A DNA stretch of 64,000 nucleotides, taken from positions 8,089 to 72,088 of the forward strand of contig CAZEEV010000001.1 of NCBI GenBank assembly GCA_964511345.1. The letters are read 5' to 3'. This document shows, piece by piece, positions 17,650 to 27,249 of the stretch. The notes beneath the pieces were generated by a model. It was not told the DNA's origin. It did not search any database and was given only the letters and a program-made list of their open reading frames with translations. The stretch's first letter is position 1; the number at the start of each line of letters is the position of its first letter. Made by a program: the position numbers and the translations under genes. This DNA is from an uncultured Pseudomonadales bacterium (GTDB lineage: Bacteria; Patescibacteriota; Microgenomatia; UBA1400; PJMF01).

Positions 17650-18684
17650 CTAAATACCATTTGCGTATTTACACAGCAAACTTTTAAGCAGATGAGTAAA
17701 CTCTATATCATGAGTTAATAGCACCTCAGTCATCGGTAAACCTTTATCTGGTCCTAAAGCCGTATTTGGGTTGCAATCAATAAAATATGGAGTTTTAGTG
17801 CTTTCCTCATAACGAATGTCAAATTTAGCGTAATCACGATAATCCAAAGTTTCAAAAGCGCGAACAACCATTGGTGTAATACGATCAATTATTTCTTGTT
17901 CAGGAATTTTGTAACGATAGGCTTTGATGTCATCGTAACTTTCTAGACTGGTAAAATCATGTTTTCCATCTGGTTTGGTACGAAAGATTTTTTGGCCAAG
18001 CAAAACATGTTTCTTGTGACCATCGTCAAAAATCACCGCAGTAATTTCTGGACCATCGATAAATTGTTCAGCGATGACGTGCATTTTGTGTTGCTCAATC
18101 ATTTTGGCGATTTTTTTAGTGGCAGCTTCCATGGTTTCTTTCACTGCCTTATTATCAATTCCTACACTGCCACCGCTTTCGTTAAGCTTAACGATCAACG
18201 GCAAACCCAAATCGGCAGGAATTTTAGAACGCATATCTTTAATAAATTTATAGGCTGGAGTAGGAACGTCATGGGCGATTAGCATTTGTTTAAACATGTG
18301 TCTATCATTTCCCAAAACCAAACCTTTCAAACCAGCTCCAGTATATTTAATTGCTGAAAGCTCTAAGGCTCCAGGAACGGCTGGTTGTAGTCTTTCTTTA
18401 CCTCTGACGGTGTCGACAAGATTTAGAACTAAATCTGGCTTATCTACGAGAATATTGGTCAAAAAATATTGATTGGCAGCATAGCCTTTAACTGCAATGC
18501 CTAATTTAGCAACTTCAGCAATCACTTCTTCAGCGCGATCCTCCACCTCTACTTCAGCCTCGTAGGCTCCTTCTGTCGGAAAATCTTCTCGATCAACATG
18601 AGAATAGGCCACAGCCACCAATTTCAATTTTTTCAAAGCAAGTTCATCTACAAAGAAGGGGGTTTGGAAATTCTTTTGAGACAT
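17650..18684 (-). CDS. ATP-grasp ligase of the D-alanine--D-alanine ligase family
   Basis: 'LSAIKYTGAG', 'PLIVKLNESGGSVGI' and 'AKFDIRYEE...PYFIDCNPNTALGP' parallel Ddl motifs. The N-terminal GGxSxE motif is absent. Confidence 0.7.
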   Translation of the reverse strand: MSQKNFQTPFFVDELALKKLKLVAVAYSHVDREDFPTEGAYEAEVEVEDRAEEVIAEVAKLGIAVKGYAANQYFLTNILVDKPDLVLNLVDTVRGKERLQPAVPGALELSAIKYTGAGLKGLVLGNDRHMFKQMLIAHDVPTPAYKFIKDMRSKIPADLGLPLIVKLNESGGSVGIDNKAVKETMEAATKKIAKMIEQHKMHVIAEQFIDGPEITAVIFDDGHKKHVLLGQKIFRTKPDGKHDFTSLESYDDIKAYRYKIPEQEIIDRITPMVVRAFETLDYRDYAKFDIRYEESTKTPYFIDCNPNTALGPDKGLPMTEVLLTHDIEFTHLLKSLLCKYANGI

Positions 18685-18754
18685 ATGTATTTATCCTTGC
18701 AGATTTAAACTCCTTTGTCTAGATGAAAACCAGTGGGGAAAGTATCCTATAATA

Positions 18755-18783
18755 TTGACTTTCTAATCATTATCGGATACAAT
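18755..18783 (+). promoter_or_regulatory. sigma-70 type promoter (TTGACT-17-TACAAT) preceded by the conserved 'tatcctataatattgac' module
   Basis: Hexamers and spacing were read directly. The downstream ~160 nt leader contains three hairpins before the RBS GGAGGG at 18939. Confidence 0.5.
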
Positions 18784-18948
18784 TAATGACCTCTGGCTAG
18801 AGGTAACTGGCAAAATGCTTGCCAAATTACTCATAACCAGATCAAAGTTCTTTAATAAGCACTGCGAAAGCTCCTTATTGGGCAAAAGGAATATTAAAAA
18901 ATATGTCTTTTGCCCCGTAAGGGGCATTATTCTTTCTTGGAGGGTTAT

Positions 18949-19299
18949 GTGTCACGCTTGAAAAGTTATGCAAGGAAATTTGAAAAAGGTGGTGGTGAAA
19001 CCTACCGCATCATCTGCCTAGATCAGGCAGATATCCAAGCTGCTAAAGAGTTGGGCTTCATAGTTACAACGGATAGGCTTAATGGGAGATACCTTAAAAT
19101 TGCTTTTTCAAGCAATGATAAGGACTTCGCAACCAAAAACCAACTAAAAATTAATCAGTTGGCTCAGAGTATCAGGGATAAACAACACCCTGATCCTTTA
19201 AAAATGAAGGAAGAAAAGCAATTTGCTCATCTTCAGCACCAAGCTGATTTAAGCAAATATCGTTTAGAAAAAAGTTTGCGTAAACGCAGTAATTATTAA
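18949..19299 (+). CDS. hypothetical basic protein
   Basis: An ORF with RBS GGAGGG 4 nt before an in-frame GTG. The ORF track starts at TTG 18910, but that would place the start inside a stable hairpin. Confidence 0.45.
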   Translation: MSRLKSYARKFEKGGGETYRIICLDQADIQAAKELGFIVTTDRLNGRYLKIAFSSNDKDFATKNQLKINQLAQSIRDKQHPDPLKMKEEKQFAHLQHQADLSKYRLEKSLRKRSNY

Positions 19300-19304
19300 A
19301 GATA

Positions 19305-19334
19305 AGGCTCATCCGCAAGGATGAGCCTTTTTTG
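19305..19334 (+). terminator. Rho-independent terminator
   Basis: A 10 bp perfect stem aggctcatcc/ggatgagcct with a GCAA loop, followed by TTTTTT. Confidence 0.8.
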
Positions 19335-19366
19335 TAGCTTATTTTGATATTTGGTATAATGCAGAC

Positions 19367-19660
19367 ATGAGCATTGAAAGTGAACGAGATAAAGATTTAC
19401 GTCGAATTCGCTCAATCAATGTAGGAACTCCAGGACACGAATGGTTTGAGCGTTCGTCAGTTAATTCCAAAGAAACTCAAGAAATAGATCCAAGTCAGCT
19501 AAATTTAAATACAGCTGAAGATTTTCTGAAGTTTTTAAATGCTCTTGTTCGAGGAGAACAGAAGTCGCTTGCTTTTTTACAGAAAATTCCCCAAGAAAGA
19601 AAAGACGAACTCAAAGAAATACACACTCAATTTTCAGAATTTTTTCCCGCGTTAGATTAG
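19367..19660 (+). CDS. hypothetical protein
   Basis: A 97 aa ORF. An extended -10 box 'tggtataat' ends 6 nt before the ATG, so the transcript is probably leaderless. Confidence 0.4.
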   Translation: MSIESERDKDLRRIRSINVGTPGHEWFERSSVNSKETQEIDPSQLNLNTAEDFLKFLNALVRGEQKSLAFLQKIPQERKDELKEIHTQFSEFFPALD

Positions 19661-19669
19661 TAAGCTATT

Positions 19670-20140
19670 TTAATTTAAAAATAGAATTGCTCCATTAAGT
19701 GTGCTAGCAAAAGTTACCCATAATAAATAAGGAATTAATAGATAAGCTGCCCATTTAGAAAGTGGGTGGAATTTATAAATAGTTAGAATGATTAAAATCC
19801 ATAGGGCAACAATATCAATTAATCCAAGGAGCGGAGATCTTAGGCCAAAAAATAAGGGTGACCAGATAAAATTTAAGAATAATTGAGTAAAAAAGAATTT
19901 CTTAGCGATTTGAGCTTTTTTAGTTTTAGAATTTTGTTTCCAAATCAAATAAAAGGATGCGCCCATTAAAAAGTATAAAAGTGTCCAAGCTGGTCCAAAT
20001 AGCCAGTTAGGTGGAGCAAAAAATGGTTTTTCAAGAGTAGCGTACCATGAGGGAATGGCGGCAACAGTAAACGGAGTGCCTAAAATACCCACTAACTCAC
20101 ATCCAATAACAGAAATGAGCAATTTGGCAGAATTTTTCAT
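19670..20140 (-). CDS. tspO: TspO/MBR family tryptophan-rich sensory protein
   Basis: Five TM helices rich in W, with 'PPNWLFGPAWTLLY' and 'WSPLFF'. Confidence 0.75.
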   Translation of the reverse strand: MKNSAKLLISVIGCELVGILGTPFTVAAIPSWYATLEKPFFAPPNWLFGPAWTLLYFLMGASFYLIWKQNSKTKKAQIAKKFFFTQLFLNFIWSPLFFGLRSPLLGLIDIVALWILIILTIYKFHPLSKWAAYLLIPYLLWVTFASTLNGAILFLN

Positions 20141-20826
20141 ATGGCTTTTTTTGGAACGAAAAGCTCTTTAATTATTTGGCTTGTGTTAAATAAATTTTTT
20201 TCATTTGAGTGACTTAGCCTATTAAAACTTTCAACTGCCTTTGGCAGAAGTTTCAATATTTTTGCGCACTCTGCTATCAACACATCTGGCCATGAACATT
20301 TTTTAGCAATGATGTATTGTTTCCATAAATTAACTAGTTTGTTTTCATACAATGCATTATCAGCATTATTATCGTAAGAATATATTCCTTCTTGGTTGTT
20401 TAACTGTTTGGTTTGATTATGGTTGAGTAAATTTTCGAAGATTTGAGTTTGTTCTAAGACAAACTGACGCAAATTGTCAAAAATTTCTGTCATTTGAACC
20501 CCATCTTTTTTTGCAATTCTTGTTACTATGTCTAGTCTAAAAGCAAAATTAGCGTAAACTGACTCTCGTTCGTATCTTTCTTCATCTTCGCCAAACGAAT
20601 TTTTTTCTTCACTTTCCCACTTTTTTACAGACTTCGTTAGCTGCTCCATTGATTTATCTTTTTTTATCAATTCTGTCGATTTATTGGCGTCAGCATTTTG
20701 GAATCGAGTACCAAATTCTATAGCACCATAATCTAATAATTGAATAGCGTTTTTAACGGGAGATTCATTTATTTCGATCAAAGCTGGTTTGTTATCTAAT
20801 TGAGAACTCTCTTGATCAACTGACAT
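20137..20826 (-). CDS. hypothetical protein
   Basis: A 229 aa ORF with a 4 nt overlap to tspO, lying downstream of the DEAD-box helicase gene. Confidence 0.45.
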   Translation of the reverse strand: MSVDQESSQLDNKPALIEINESPVKNAIQLLDYGAIEFGTRFQNADANKSTELIKKDKSMEQLTKSVKKWESEEKNSFGEDEERYERESVYANFAFRLDIVTRIAKKDGVQMTEIFDNLRQFVLEQTQIFENLLNHNQTKQLNNQEGIYSYDNNADNALYENKLVNLWKQYIIAKKCSWPDVLIAECAKILKLLPKAVESFNRLSHSNEKNLFNTSQIIKELFVPKKAI

Positions 20827-20853
20827 AGCTATATGGAGTCCATTCTACTATGT

Positions 20854-22059
20854 TTAATCTACAAAAGTCAAAGCAACGCCACTTTTATCAGCACGACCAG
20901 TACGACCAATACGGTGAACATAATCTGCGTAGGTTTCTGGTAAATCATAGTTGATAACGTGAGTGACGTTATTAATATCCAGACCACGTGAAACCACGTC
21001 AGTAGCTAACAAAACTTGCACACGATCCTCGCGGAATTGTTGCAAGGCTTTTTGTCTTTGACCTTGAGTTTTATTGCCATGAATTGAAGCAACTTTAAAA
21101 CCGCGACTATCCAATTCTCTGCTAAGTCTTTCCATACCAAATTTGGTACGGCCAAAGACCAGCACTTTTTGAAACTCTTTTTGAATTAACAAATCATGTA
21201 AGACTTCGACTTTAACTCTGCCCTTGAGTCTAACAACATCTTGATCAATATTAAGTTTGTTTTCTGCTGATTTAATGACGACATGCACAGGATTTTTAAG
21301 AAAGCCTTGCATGATATTTTCTACTTTTTTATCAGTAGTAGCAGAGAAGAACAAAGATTGTCTTTCTTCTGGTAATTGGCTAATGATAGCTTCCATATCA
21401 TGGACAAAGCCCATGTCTAGCATGCGGTCCACTTCATCTAAAACGATAGTGTCAAAATGGACAAAATTTATTTTTCTTCTTTGACTCAAATCCTTCAAAC
21501 GACCTGGAGTACCGATCACAAAATTTGGTCTTCTTTGCAAACGTTCGATTTGGCGAGTAATAGAAGAGCCACCAATACAAATGGTAGAAAAGATCGGTAA
21601 ATTTTGACTAAAAGTGATCAATTCATCTCTAATCTGCAGAGCTAATTCACGAGTCGGAGTGACAACAAGCACTCTAGTGCTGGGGTTTTTCAAAACTTTA
21701 TCAATTAAAGGAATTAAAAAAGCTGCGGTTTTACCTGTGCCAGTATTAGCAATACCAACCACGTCTCTTCCTTCCACAATATGAGGAATGATTTGATCTT
21801 GAATTGGAGTAGGGGTGGTATAACCTTTGGCGGCTAAATTGATTTTGATTTGTTCATTAACGGCAAAGTCGGCAAAAGCATGCTGATTATGATATTGCTC
21901 TATGACTGTCTCTGATTGCTCATCAATAGTGGCTTTTTGAATAAACATAGAAGGATCGAAGCTGGTGATCTTTCTTCTGCCACCACTTCCACGATTTCTA
22001 TTGCCATTATTTCTGTTTGGAAAATTGGAATTAGAACGACGACGATTATTATGATACAT
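20854..22059 (-). CDS. DEAD-box ATP-dependent RNA helicase
   Basis: Q motif, 'ANTGTGKTAAF', 'DEVD', 'SAT' and 'HRIGRTGRA'. The N-terminus is RG/N-rich. Confidence 0.9.
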   Translation of the reverse strand: MYHNNRRRSNSNFPNRNNGNRNRGSGGRRKITSFDPSMFIQKATIDEQSETVIEQYHNQHAFADFAVNEQIKINLAAKGYTTPTPIQDQIIPHIVEGRDVVGIANTGTGKTAAFLIPLIDKVLKNPSTRVLVVTPTRELALQIRDELITFSQNLPIFSTICIGGSSITRQIERLQRRPNFVIGTPGRLKDLSQRRKINFVHFDTIVLDEVDRMLDMGFVHDMEAIISQLPEERQSLFFSATTDKKVENIMQGFLKNPVHVVIKSAENKLNIDQDVVRLKGRVKVEVLHDLLIQKEFQKVLVFGRTKFGMERLSRELDSRGFKVASIHGNKTQGQRQKALQQFREDRVQVLLATDVVSRGLDINNVTHVINYDLPETYADYVHRIGRTGRADKSGVALTFVD

Positions 22060-22155
22060 ATTTACTTCTTTCTTAGTCTTTCAGCGGTCAAAGACAAGAA
22101 GCAAATATTTTTTTGCGTGCTCAAACCAATTGAATTATTTTAACTATGAGCAGAC

Positions 22156-22195
22156 ATTATAGCAGTTAATCACTGGATTGCAAATTATAGGATAT
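22156..22195 (-). promoter_or_regulatory. promoter (TTGCAA-16-TATAAT) with the upstream 'atatcctataat' module, reading toward the DEAD-box helicase
   Basis: The reverse complement of plus-strand 22156-22195 gives atatcctataatTTGCAAtccagtgattaactgcTATAAT. Confidence 0.5.
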
Positions 22196-22266
22196 TTAGA
22201 TTCTTATTTACAAATAGCGATTTATGATAGAATATGTACCTACGATTCTTAAGAGAATCAAAAATT

Positions 22267-23679
22267 ATGTCAAAAAAAGACGAACCTATACCTGCTAAAA
22301 AAGCAGAAAAAACAGTATATATTTGTAACCTTTCCGAAGACGTTTGGCCCTTCATCCAGGCTATCAGCAATGATCATGAGCGAGCTCTAGAAATAGACGA
22401 AAACGCCAATCTTTCTGATCGCGATCTCTTTACCACTTCAGAAGAAAGTGATTTGGTTTTTATTAGTCCTAAGCCTCTTCACAAGGGTTTTGTGGAATAC
22501 TACAAGAGTTTATTTGGTATTCGCAAGCTAGAGCTTTTGACTCCGAGAGTACACTCTGGAGAAACTTGTCGAGACGTCTATGAGGACAAGGAATTGTTTG
22601 AAAAAATTATCGATTTTGCTAATCATGTTAAAAAATTAACTCTAATTAGTTATTCGACCAGTGAGCAGTTTTTTACCTTAGTGAATAAGTTGAAAAAAAG
22701 AGGCATTACCGTTTATACGCCAGAGGCTCCTGAAGAAGAAGACGCCTGGACAGTGAACTTTTTTGGTAGTAAATCCGGTATTCGTCAACTAGCTCAACAA
22801 AGCATTGCTGAAGAACCAGATTTCATCATGAGTGATGGTTTGATTTGTGTAAATATTATTGATGCTGCCAAAATCGCTGCTAAAAAATATATTAAAGAAG
22901 GTGGTGTGGTTATTAAAACTAATAAAGGTCATTCTGGAGCAGGAGTGCTTATCTTGCGTCCTGGCGAATTATCTACAGAATATAAGGCTTGTGAAAAAGA
23001 AATTTATAAAATTCTTCAAAAAGATGAATACTGGGATAAGTTTCCAATTGTGATTGAAAGTTTAATCAATGTTAATTTTGCGGTTGGTGGTGGTTTCCCA
23101 AATGTAGAGTTCAAAATTAGCAAAAGTGGCCGCATTGATTATTTATATTACTGTGGTTGCCGTGTCACTAAAGAAGGCATATTTAAGGGAGTAGAGATTA
23201 ATGAAGATGTGATGAATGATCGTCTTATGACTCGTATTATTGACATGGGTTTTTTCATCGGTGAAAAATATGCTGCTAGTGGTTACCGTGGCTATTATGA
23301 TGTGGATTTAGTGGCGGCTAAAAATGGAGACTTGTATGTTTCTGAATCAAACACGAGACGTACCGGTGGCTCGCATGTTTATAAAACTGCTCTGAAGTTA
23401 ATTGGCAAAGATTTTCTAGATGATTCTTATATCTTATCCGATAACGCCTGGAAGTTGCCAAAAGGTATTACTCCAACTTTTGAAGAATTAATGGATAAAT
23501 TAAAACCTATTTTGTTTAATAAAAAAACCAAAGAAGGTATGGTTATCGCTTCTGCAAACTTACTTGGACAAGGTCAATTGGCCTACATTATTTTTGGCAA
23601 TTCCAAAAAGCGTGCTCTAGAAATTGAAGAAAAAGCTCAACAAATTCTAGCTAAGCTTGGCGAGAATGGCCATAAATAG
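22267..23679 (+). CDS. ATP-grasp-like domain protein (putative carboxylate-amine ligase)
   Basis: 'GGVVIKTNKGHSGAGVLILRPGE' and 'YYDVDLVAAKNGDLYVSESNTRRTG' resemble ATP-grasp B-loop and E-x-N-x-R motifs. Confidence 0.45.
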   Translation: MSKKDEPIPAKKAEKTVYICNLSEDVWPFIQAISNDHERALEIDENANLSDRDLFTTSEESDLVFISPKPLHKGFVEYYKSLFGIRKLELLTPRVHSGETCRDVYEDKELFEKIIDFANHVKKLTLISYSTSEQFFTLVNKLKKRGITVYTPEAPEEEDAWTVNFFGSKSGIRQLAQQSIAEEPDFIMSDGLICVNIIDAAKIAAKKYIKEGGVVIKTNKGHSGAGVLILRPGELSTEYKACEKEIYKILQKDEYWDKFPIVIESLINVNFAVGGGFPNVEFKISKSGRIDYLYYCGCRVTKEGIFKGVEINEDVMNDRLMTRIIDMGFFIGEKYAASGYRGYYDVDLVAAKNGDLYVSESNTRRTGGSHVYKTALKLIGKDFLDDSYILSDNAWKLPKGITPTFEELMDKLKPILFNKKTKEGMVIASANLLGQGQLAYIIFGNSKKRALEIEEKAQQILAKLGENGHK

Positions 23680-24447
23680 AGGGATTTCGGTACGGGCGCG
23701 ATTTTCCATTTTGGCGGCTTTACCAACACTTTCTTTGTCTGAAGACCATTCTTCAATTTTCTCAATGACAAATCCAGTTTCAAAAAGCATTCGACTGTAG
23801 TCTTGTAAGCTGCGATGGAATGACCAGGTCATATTTTTAACTTGTCCTTGTTTTTGACCTGGGTTCATATCAATCGGAATTTTTAATTCAGACAAATAAC
23901 GGTTCACGAAGCGTTGTTGTTGCTTGTTTTTCTCATCAATGCTCCAGCCAGATTGGCGGGGAATGCGAAAACAAGGGTGATTGAGTACAATTAATAGCTG
24001 ACCGCCTTTTTTGAGGTAAGTAGCTGCGTTTTTAATCACGTTTTCTGCCTGTTCAATGTTTTGCAGTGCCAGAATAATAGTAGCTTTGTCAAATTTTTCT
24101 TCTCTTTCTCTAAGAACCTTACTGAGGTCGCAAGTCAAGAATTCATAGTTTCTCTCTCTATTTCTTTCATTGGCTTCTTTAATCAGTTCTTTAGCAAGAT
24201 CGAGCCCAAGATATTTTTGAACATGAGGAATTTTGCGAGCTAAGATGCCTTGACCACAGGCTAGATCCACCAGAGTGTCAGTGCTTTTTAAATCTAAAAG
24301 TCGCAAAACTCCTGGAATAACTACATGTTCGTGATAATAATGACCATCTTGACCAACAATTTTGTTGTACCATGGGGCGACTTTATTCCAAGAGGTGTCG
24401 TTGTTTTTTCTTTGCACGATAGCTATATTATAGCTTAAGCATGGCAA
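23647..24447 (-). CDS. class I SAM-dependent methyltransferase
   Basis: Motif I 'LVDLACGQGILA' with Rossmann-fold organisation. Confidence 0.7.
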   Translation of the reverse strand: MPCLSYNIAIVQRKNNDTSWNKVAPWYNKIVGQDGHYYHEHVVIPGVLRLLDLKSTDTLVDLACGQGILARKIPHVQKYLGLDLAKELIKEANERNRERNYEFLTCDLSKVLREREEKFDKATIILALQNIEQAENVIKNAATYLKKGGQLLIVLNHPCFRIPRQSGWSIDEKNKQQQRFVNRYLSELKIPIDMNPGQKQGQVKNMTWSFHRSLQDYSRMLFETGFVIEKIEEWSSDKESVGKAAKMENRARTEIPLFMAILAKLS

Positions 24448-24950
24448 AACTGGTTTTAGTTAAGGATTTGATGCAAACTGATTATCAATATCAATTAACT
24501 GAAAAAGTAGGTCAAAATTTTCACCCTGATTTCAAACCTCAATTAAGTCCCAAAGAAATGTTGGAAATGGGTGTTTTTGGTGGGAAATACATGACGGATT
24601 GTAAAGATGAATTTCCAGAAAGTTGGTTTAAAAAAGCCAAGCTTTGCCACGAATTTCATGATCCTAAACTAAATTTTTTCAAAGTTAATGCTAGCCAACC
24701 TTTATCAGTTTGGCAGAAAAAAGGATGGATATACAAGGACGATCCTCGCGGGTGGTTTCAATGGTATTGTCGTTATTTTATGGGGCGCCGTTTACCAGAC
24801 GGAGAGGATGAACGACAAATTAAAAGATGGCGGCTTTTCCGTCGACATTTGGCACAAGTTGAGCGCAATTGTTTGCCGGGAGACTTCTCTTGTCGCAGAG
24901 TACAGCGTCAAGCTTTACTACACTGGGCTTATGATTCAAGGAGTTTTTAA
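24441..24950 (+). CDS. hypothetical protein (conserved W/R-rich C-terminal region)
   Basis: A 169 aa ORF. 'GWFQWYCRYFMGRR...DERQIKRW' has no family I can name. Confidence 0.45.
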   Translation: MAKLVLVKDLMQTDYQYQLTEKVGQNFHPDFKPQLSPKEMLEMGVFGGKYMTDCKDEFPESWFKKAKLCHEFHDPKLNFFKVNASQPLSVWQKKGWIYKDDPRGWFQWYCRYFMGRRLPDGEDERQIKRWRLFRRHLAQVERNCLPGDFSCRRVQRQALLHWAYDSRSF

Positions 24951-24971
24951 ATATTATGCTAAAATTAATCT

Positions 24972-25400
24972 ATGACTCCAGGAATTGACTACCCAGCCAT
25001 ATCAGTTGTCTTTTTTTGCCATGATGGCGATGGTAATTATCTATTTAGCAAGAGAGGCAATCACTGTCGTGACGAGCATGGCTGTTATGATCCGGGTGGT
25101 GGTCGCTTGGAGTTGCATGAAACTATTGATCAACTTCTTCACCGTGAATTACAGGAAGAATACAATGCACAGCCACTGAAGTATGAATTTCTTGGCATTA
25201 GAGAAATGCATCGCATTAATAAAGGTCAGAAAACTCATTGGGTGGCTTTGGATTTTAAAGTTTTAATAGATCGCAAGGTAGTTAAAAATAACGAACCTTA
25301 TAAATTTGACGAGTTGGTTTGGCATCGTATGGATGATCTACCAAGTCCAATGCATTCACAGTTTGCTGTGGCACTGAAAAACTATAAAAATAAGTTTTAG
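24972..25400 (+). CDS. NUDIX hydrolase
   Basis: Nudix box 'GGGRLELHETIDQLLHRELQEEYN' (GX5EX7REUXEEXGU). Confidence 0.7.
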   Translation: MTPGIDYPAISVVFFCHDGDGNYLFSKRGNHCRDEHGCYDPGGGRLELHETIDQLLHRELQEEYNAQPLKYEFLGIREMHRINKGQKTHWVALDFKVLIDRKVVKNNEPYKFDELVWHRMDDLPSPMHSQFAVALKNYKNKF

Positions 25401-25409
25401 CTTTAGTTG

Positions 25410-27167
25410 CTATTTAACCGTCACGCTTTTAGCTAAATTCCTAGGCTTGTCTGGGTCCAATTTTTTAATCAAAGCAATCTCGTAAGTAAGTAATTGGGCA
25501 ACAATAATACTACTTAGATTAGTAAATTTATCCGTTTGTGGCAGTTCAATAAAAAGATCAAAAATCTCTTCATTTTTGGTAGCAATACCAATTACCTCAG
25601 CTCCTCTGGCCTTGACTTCATGAGCACTAGAAAGCATATTTTCTCTGTTCTCTTTATTTAACAAACAAATCACTGGCGTCTCTTTTTCGATCAAAGCAAT
25701 GACACCGTGTTTTAATTCGCCAGCACTGAAACCTTCGGCATGAAGATAGGAGACCTCCTTGATTTTGAGGGCAAATTCTAGAGCACTCGCTAAAAGTTGC
25801 CCGCGGCCAAGAATATATAAATCTTTTTTTTGACTTAGCAATTTAGCGATTTTTTTAATGTCATTCATGATTTTTTCATTGGCAAGCCAGTCGGTTAATT
25901 GTTTGGAAAAGTCTTTAATCTCTTTTTTGAATGAGAAGCCTTTATTCTCTAAATAGCTGGCCAGTGCCATGCCAAAAAGCATGTGTGCAGTTAATGCTTT
26001 TGTACTAGCAACTCCAACTTCTGCTCCTACGTTGAGAGGATAAGCAATATCAGCTAGTTTAGTTAGAGTTGAAGCTGGCATATTAACTGCCGAAACGATG
26101 AAAACACCTTTAGCTTTCATTTGTTCTACGGCTTCTATGGTGTCGGCTGTTTCACCACTTTGGCTAAGAATAATAGTGAGGTCTTGTTTGCTAAAATCTT
26201 GCATAAAATCTGTGTAATCATAAGCTGGCACATGATACACATTTTGTTTGTTCTTTCTTAAATTAGAAACAATGCTTAGGGCGGCATAACTCGCTGAACC
26301 TGCGCCAACTACGTAGATATTTCTTGATAATTCAATTTTTTCTGCGATTTTTGGAAATAATTCTTCACTTTTATCTAATACTTTGATGAGACTTTCTTTT
26401 TGTTCATAAATTTCTTTCAACATAAAATGAGCATAACTACCTTTATCTATTTCTAAGGCTTGCTGATCCATTTTATGAAAGCTTATTTTTTTTGTAGCTA
26501 GATTTTTTGCTTGATAAACCTCGATATTTTGCCCATCAAAATGAATGATTTCTTGATTCTCAATGACGTAATAACTTTTAGCATCATGACTTATTGAAGC
26601 GAGGTCGGAAGAAAAAAAGTAATTGTTTTTTTCACCTTGCCCAACTATCAGAGGCGAACCTTGGCGATAAGCCCACATTTCACCGTCTTTATTCAATAAA
26701 AGGATGGTATTACGACCAGCCATTTTCTTGATTACTTTAACAAATTTTTTCAGCTCAATTTTTTCTTGGCATTCTTTTTCTAGTAGAGCCACAATTACCT
26801 CAGTGTCAGTCTCTGTTTGGAATTTGTAGCCGTCTTTTTGCAGCTGATTTTTTAATTCTTGATAATTTTCTAGAACACCGTTCTGCACTAAAGCAAAGTT
26901 ACTATTCTGTGCCAGATGCGGATGCGCATTTTTTTCTTTGACCCCGCCATGAGTAGCCCAACGGGTATGACCGATGGCGTTATCACTATTAGCGAGTTTG
27001 AGTTTTTTTACTAGACTGATTTTACCCACGTGTTTTTCAATTTCTATTTTATTACTTAATGTGGCAATGCCCCACGAATCGTAGCCACGATATTCAATTC
27101 TTTTAAGTCCAGCTAAAACTTTAGTAGTTGCGTCAACATTGCCTAAACAGGCGTAGATACCACACAT
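25410..27167 (-). CDS. glmS: glutamine--fructose-6-phosphate aminotransferase (isomerizing)
   Basis: N-terminal 'MCGIYA' nucleophile Cys, a GATase-2 domain and two SIS domains. Confidence 0.95.
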   Translation of the reverse strand: MCGIYACLGNVDATTKVLAGLKRIEYRGYDSWGIATLSNKIEIEKHVGKISLVKKLKLANSDNAIGHTRWATHGGVKEKNAHPHLAQNSNFALVQNGVLENYQELKNQLQKDGYKFQTETDTEVIVALLEKECQEKIELKKFVKVIKKMAGRNTILLLNKDGEMWAYRQGSPLIVGQGEKNNYFFSSDLASISHDAKSYYVIENQEIIHFDGQNIEVYQAKNLATKKISFHKMDQQALEIDKGSYAHFMLKEIYEQKESLIKVLDKSEELFPKIAEKIELSRNIYVVGAGSASYAALSIVSNLRKNKQNVYHVPAYDYTDFMQDFSKQDLTIILSQSGETADTIEAVEQMKAKGVFIVSAVNMPASTLTKLADIAYPLNVGAEVGVASTKALTAHMLFGMALASYLENKGFSFKKEIKDFSKQLTDWLANEKIMNDIKKIAKLLSQKKDLYILGRGQLLASALEFALKIKEVSYLHAEGFSAGELKHGVIALIEKETPVICLLNKENRENMLSSAHEVKARGAEVIGIATKNEEIFDLFIELPQTDKFTNLSSIIVAQLLTYEIALIKKLDPDKPRNLAKSVTVK

Positions 27168-27249
27168 ATATATTCCTTTTTTTAGATTAATGATAATTTT
27201 AAGATTTTTAAATTAAGACTTTGTTGATTTGATCTTAATTTTTAATGGA

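Noticed and set aside
18910-18948. TTG start at 18910 for the basic protein (ORF-track call)
   Set aside because: It would begin inside the tgcccc-GTAA-ggggca hairpin with no RBS. The GTG at 18949 has a GGAGGG RBS with correct spacing.
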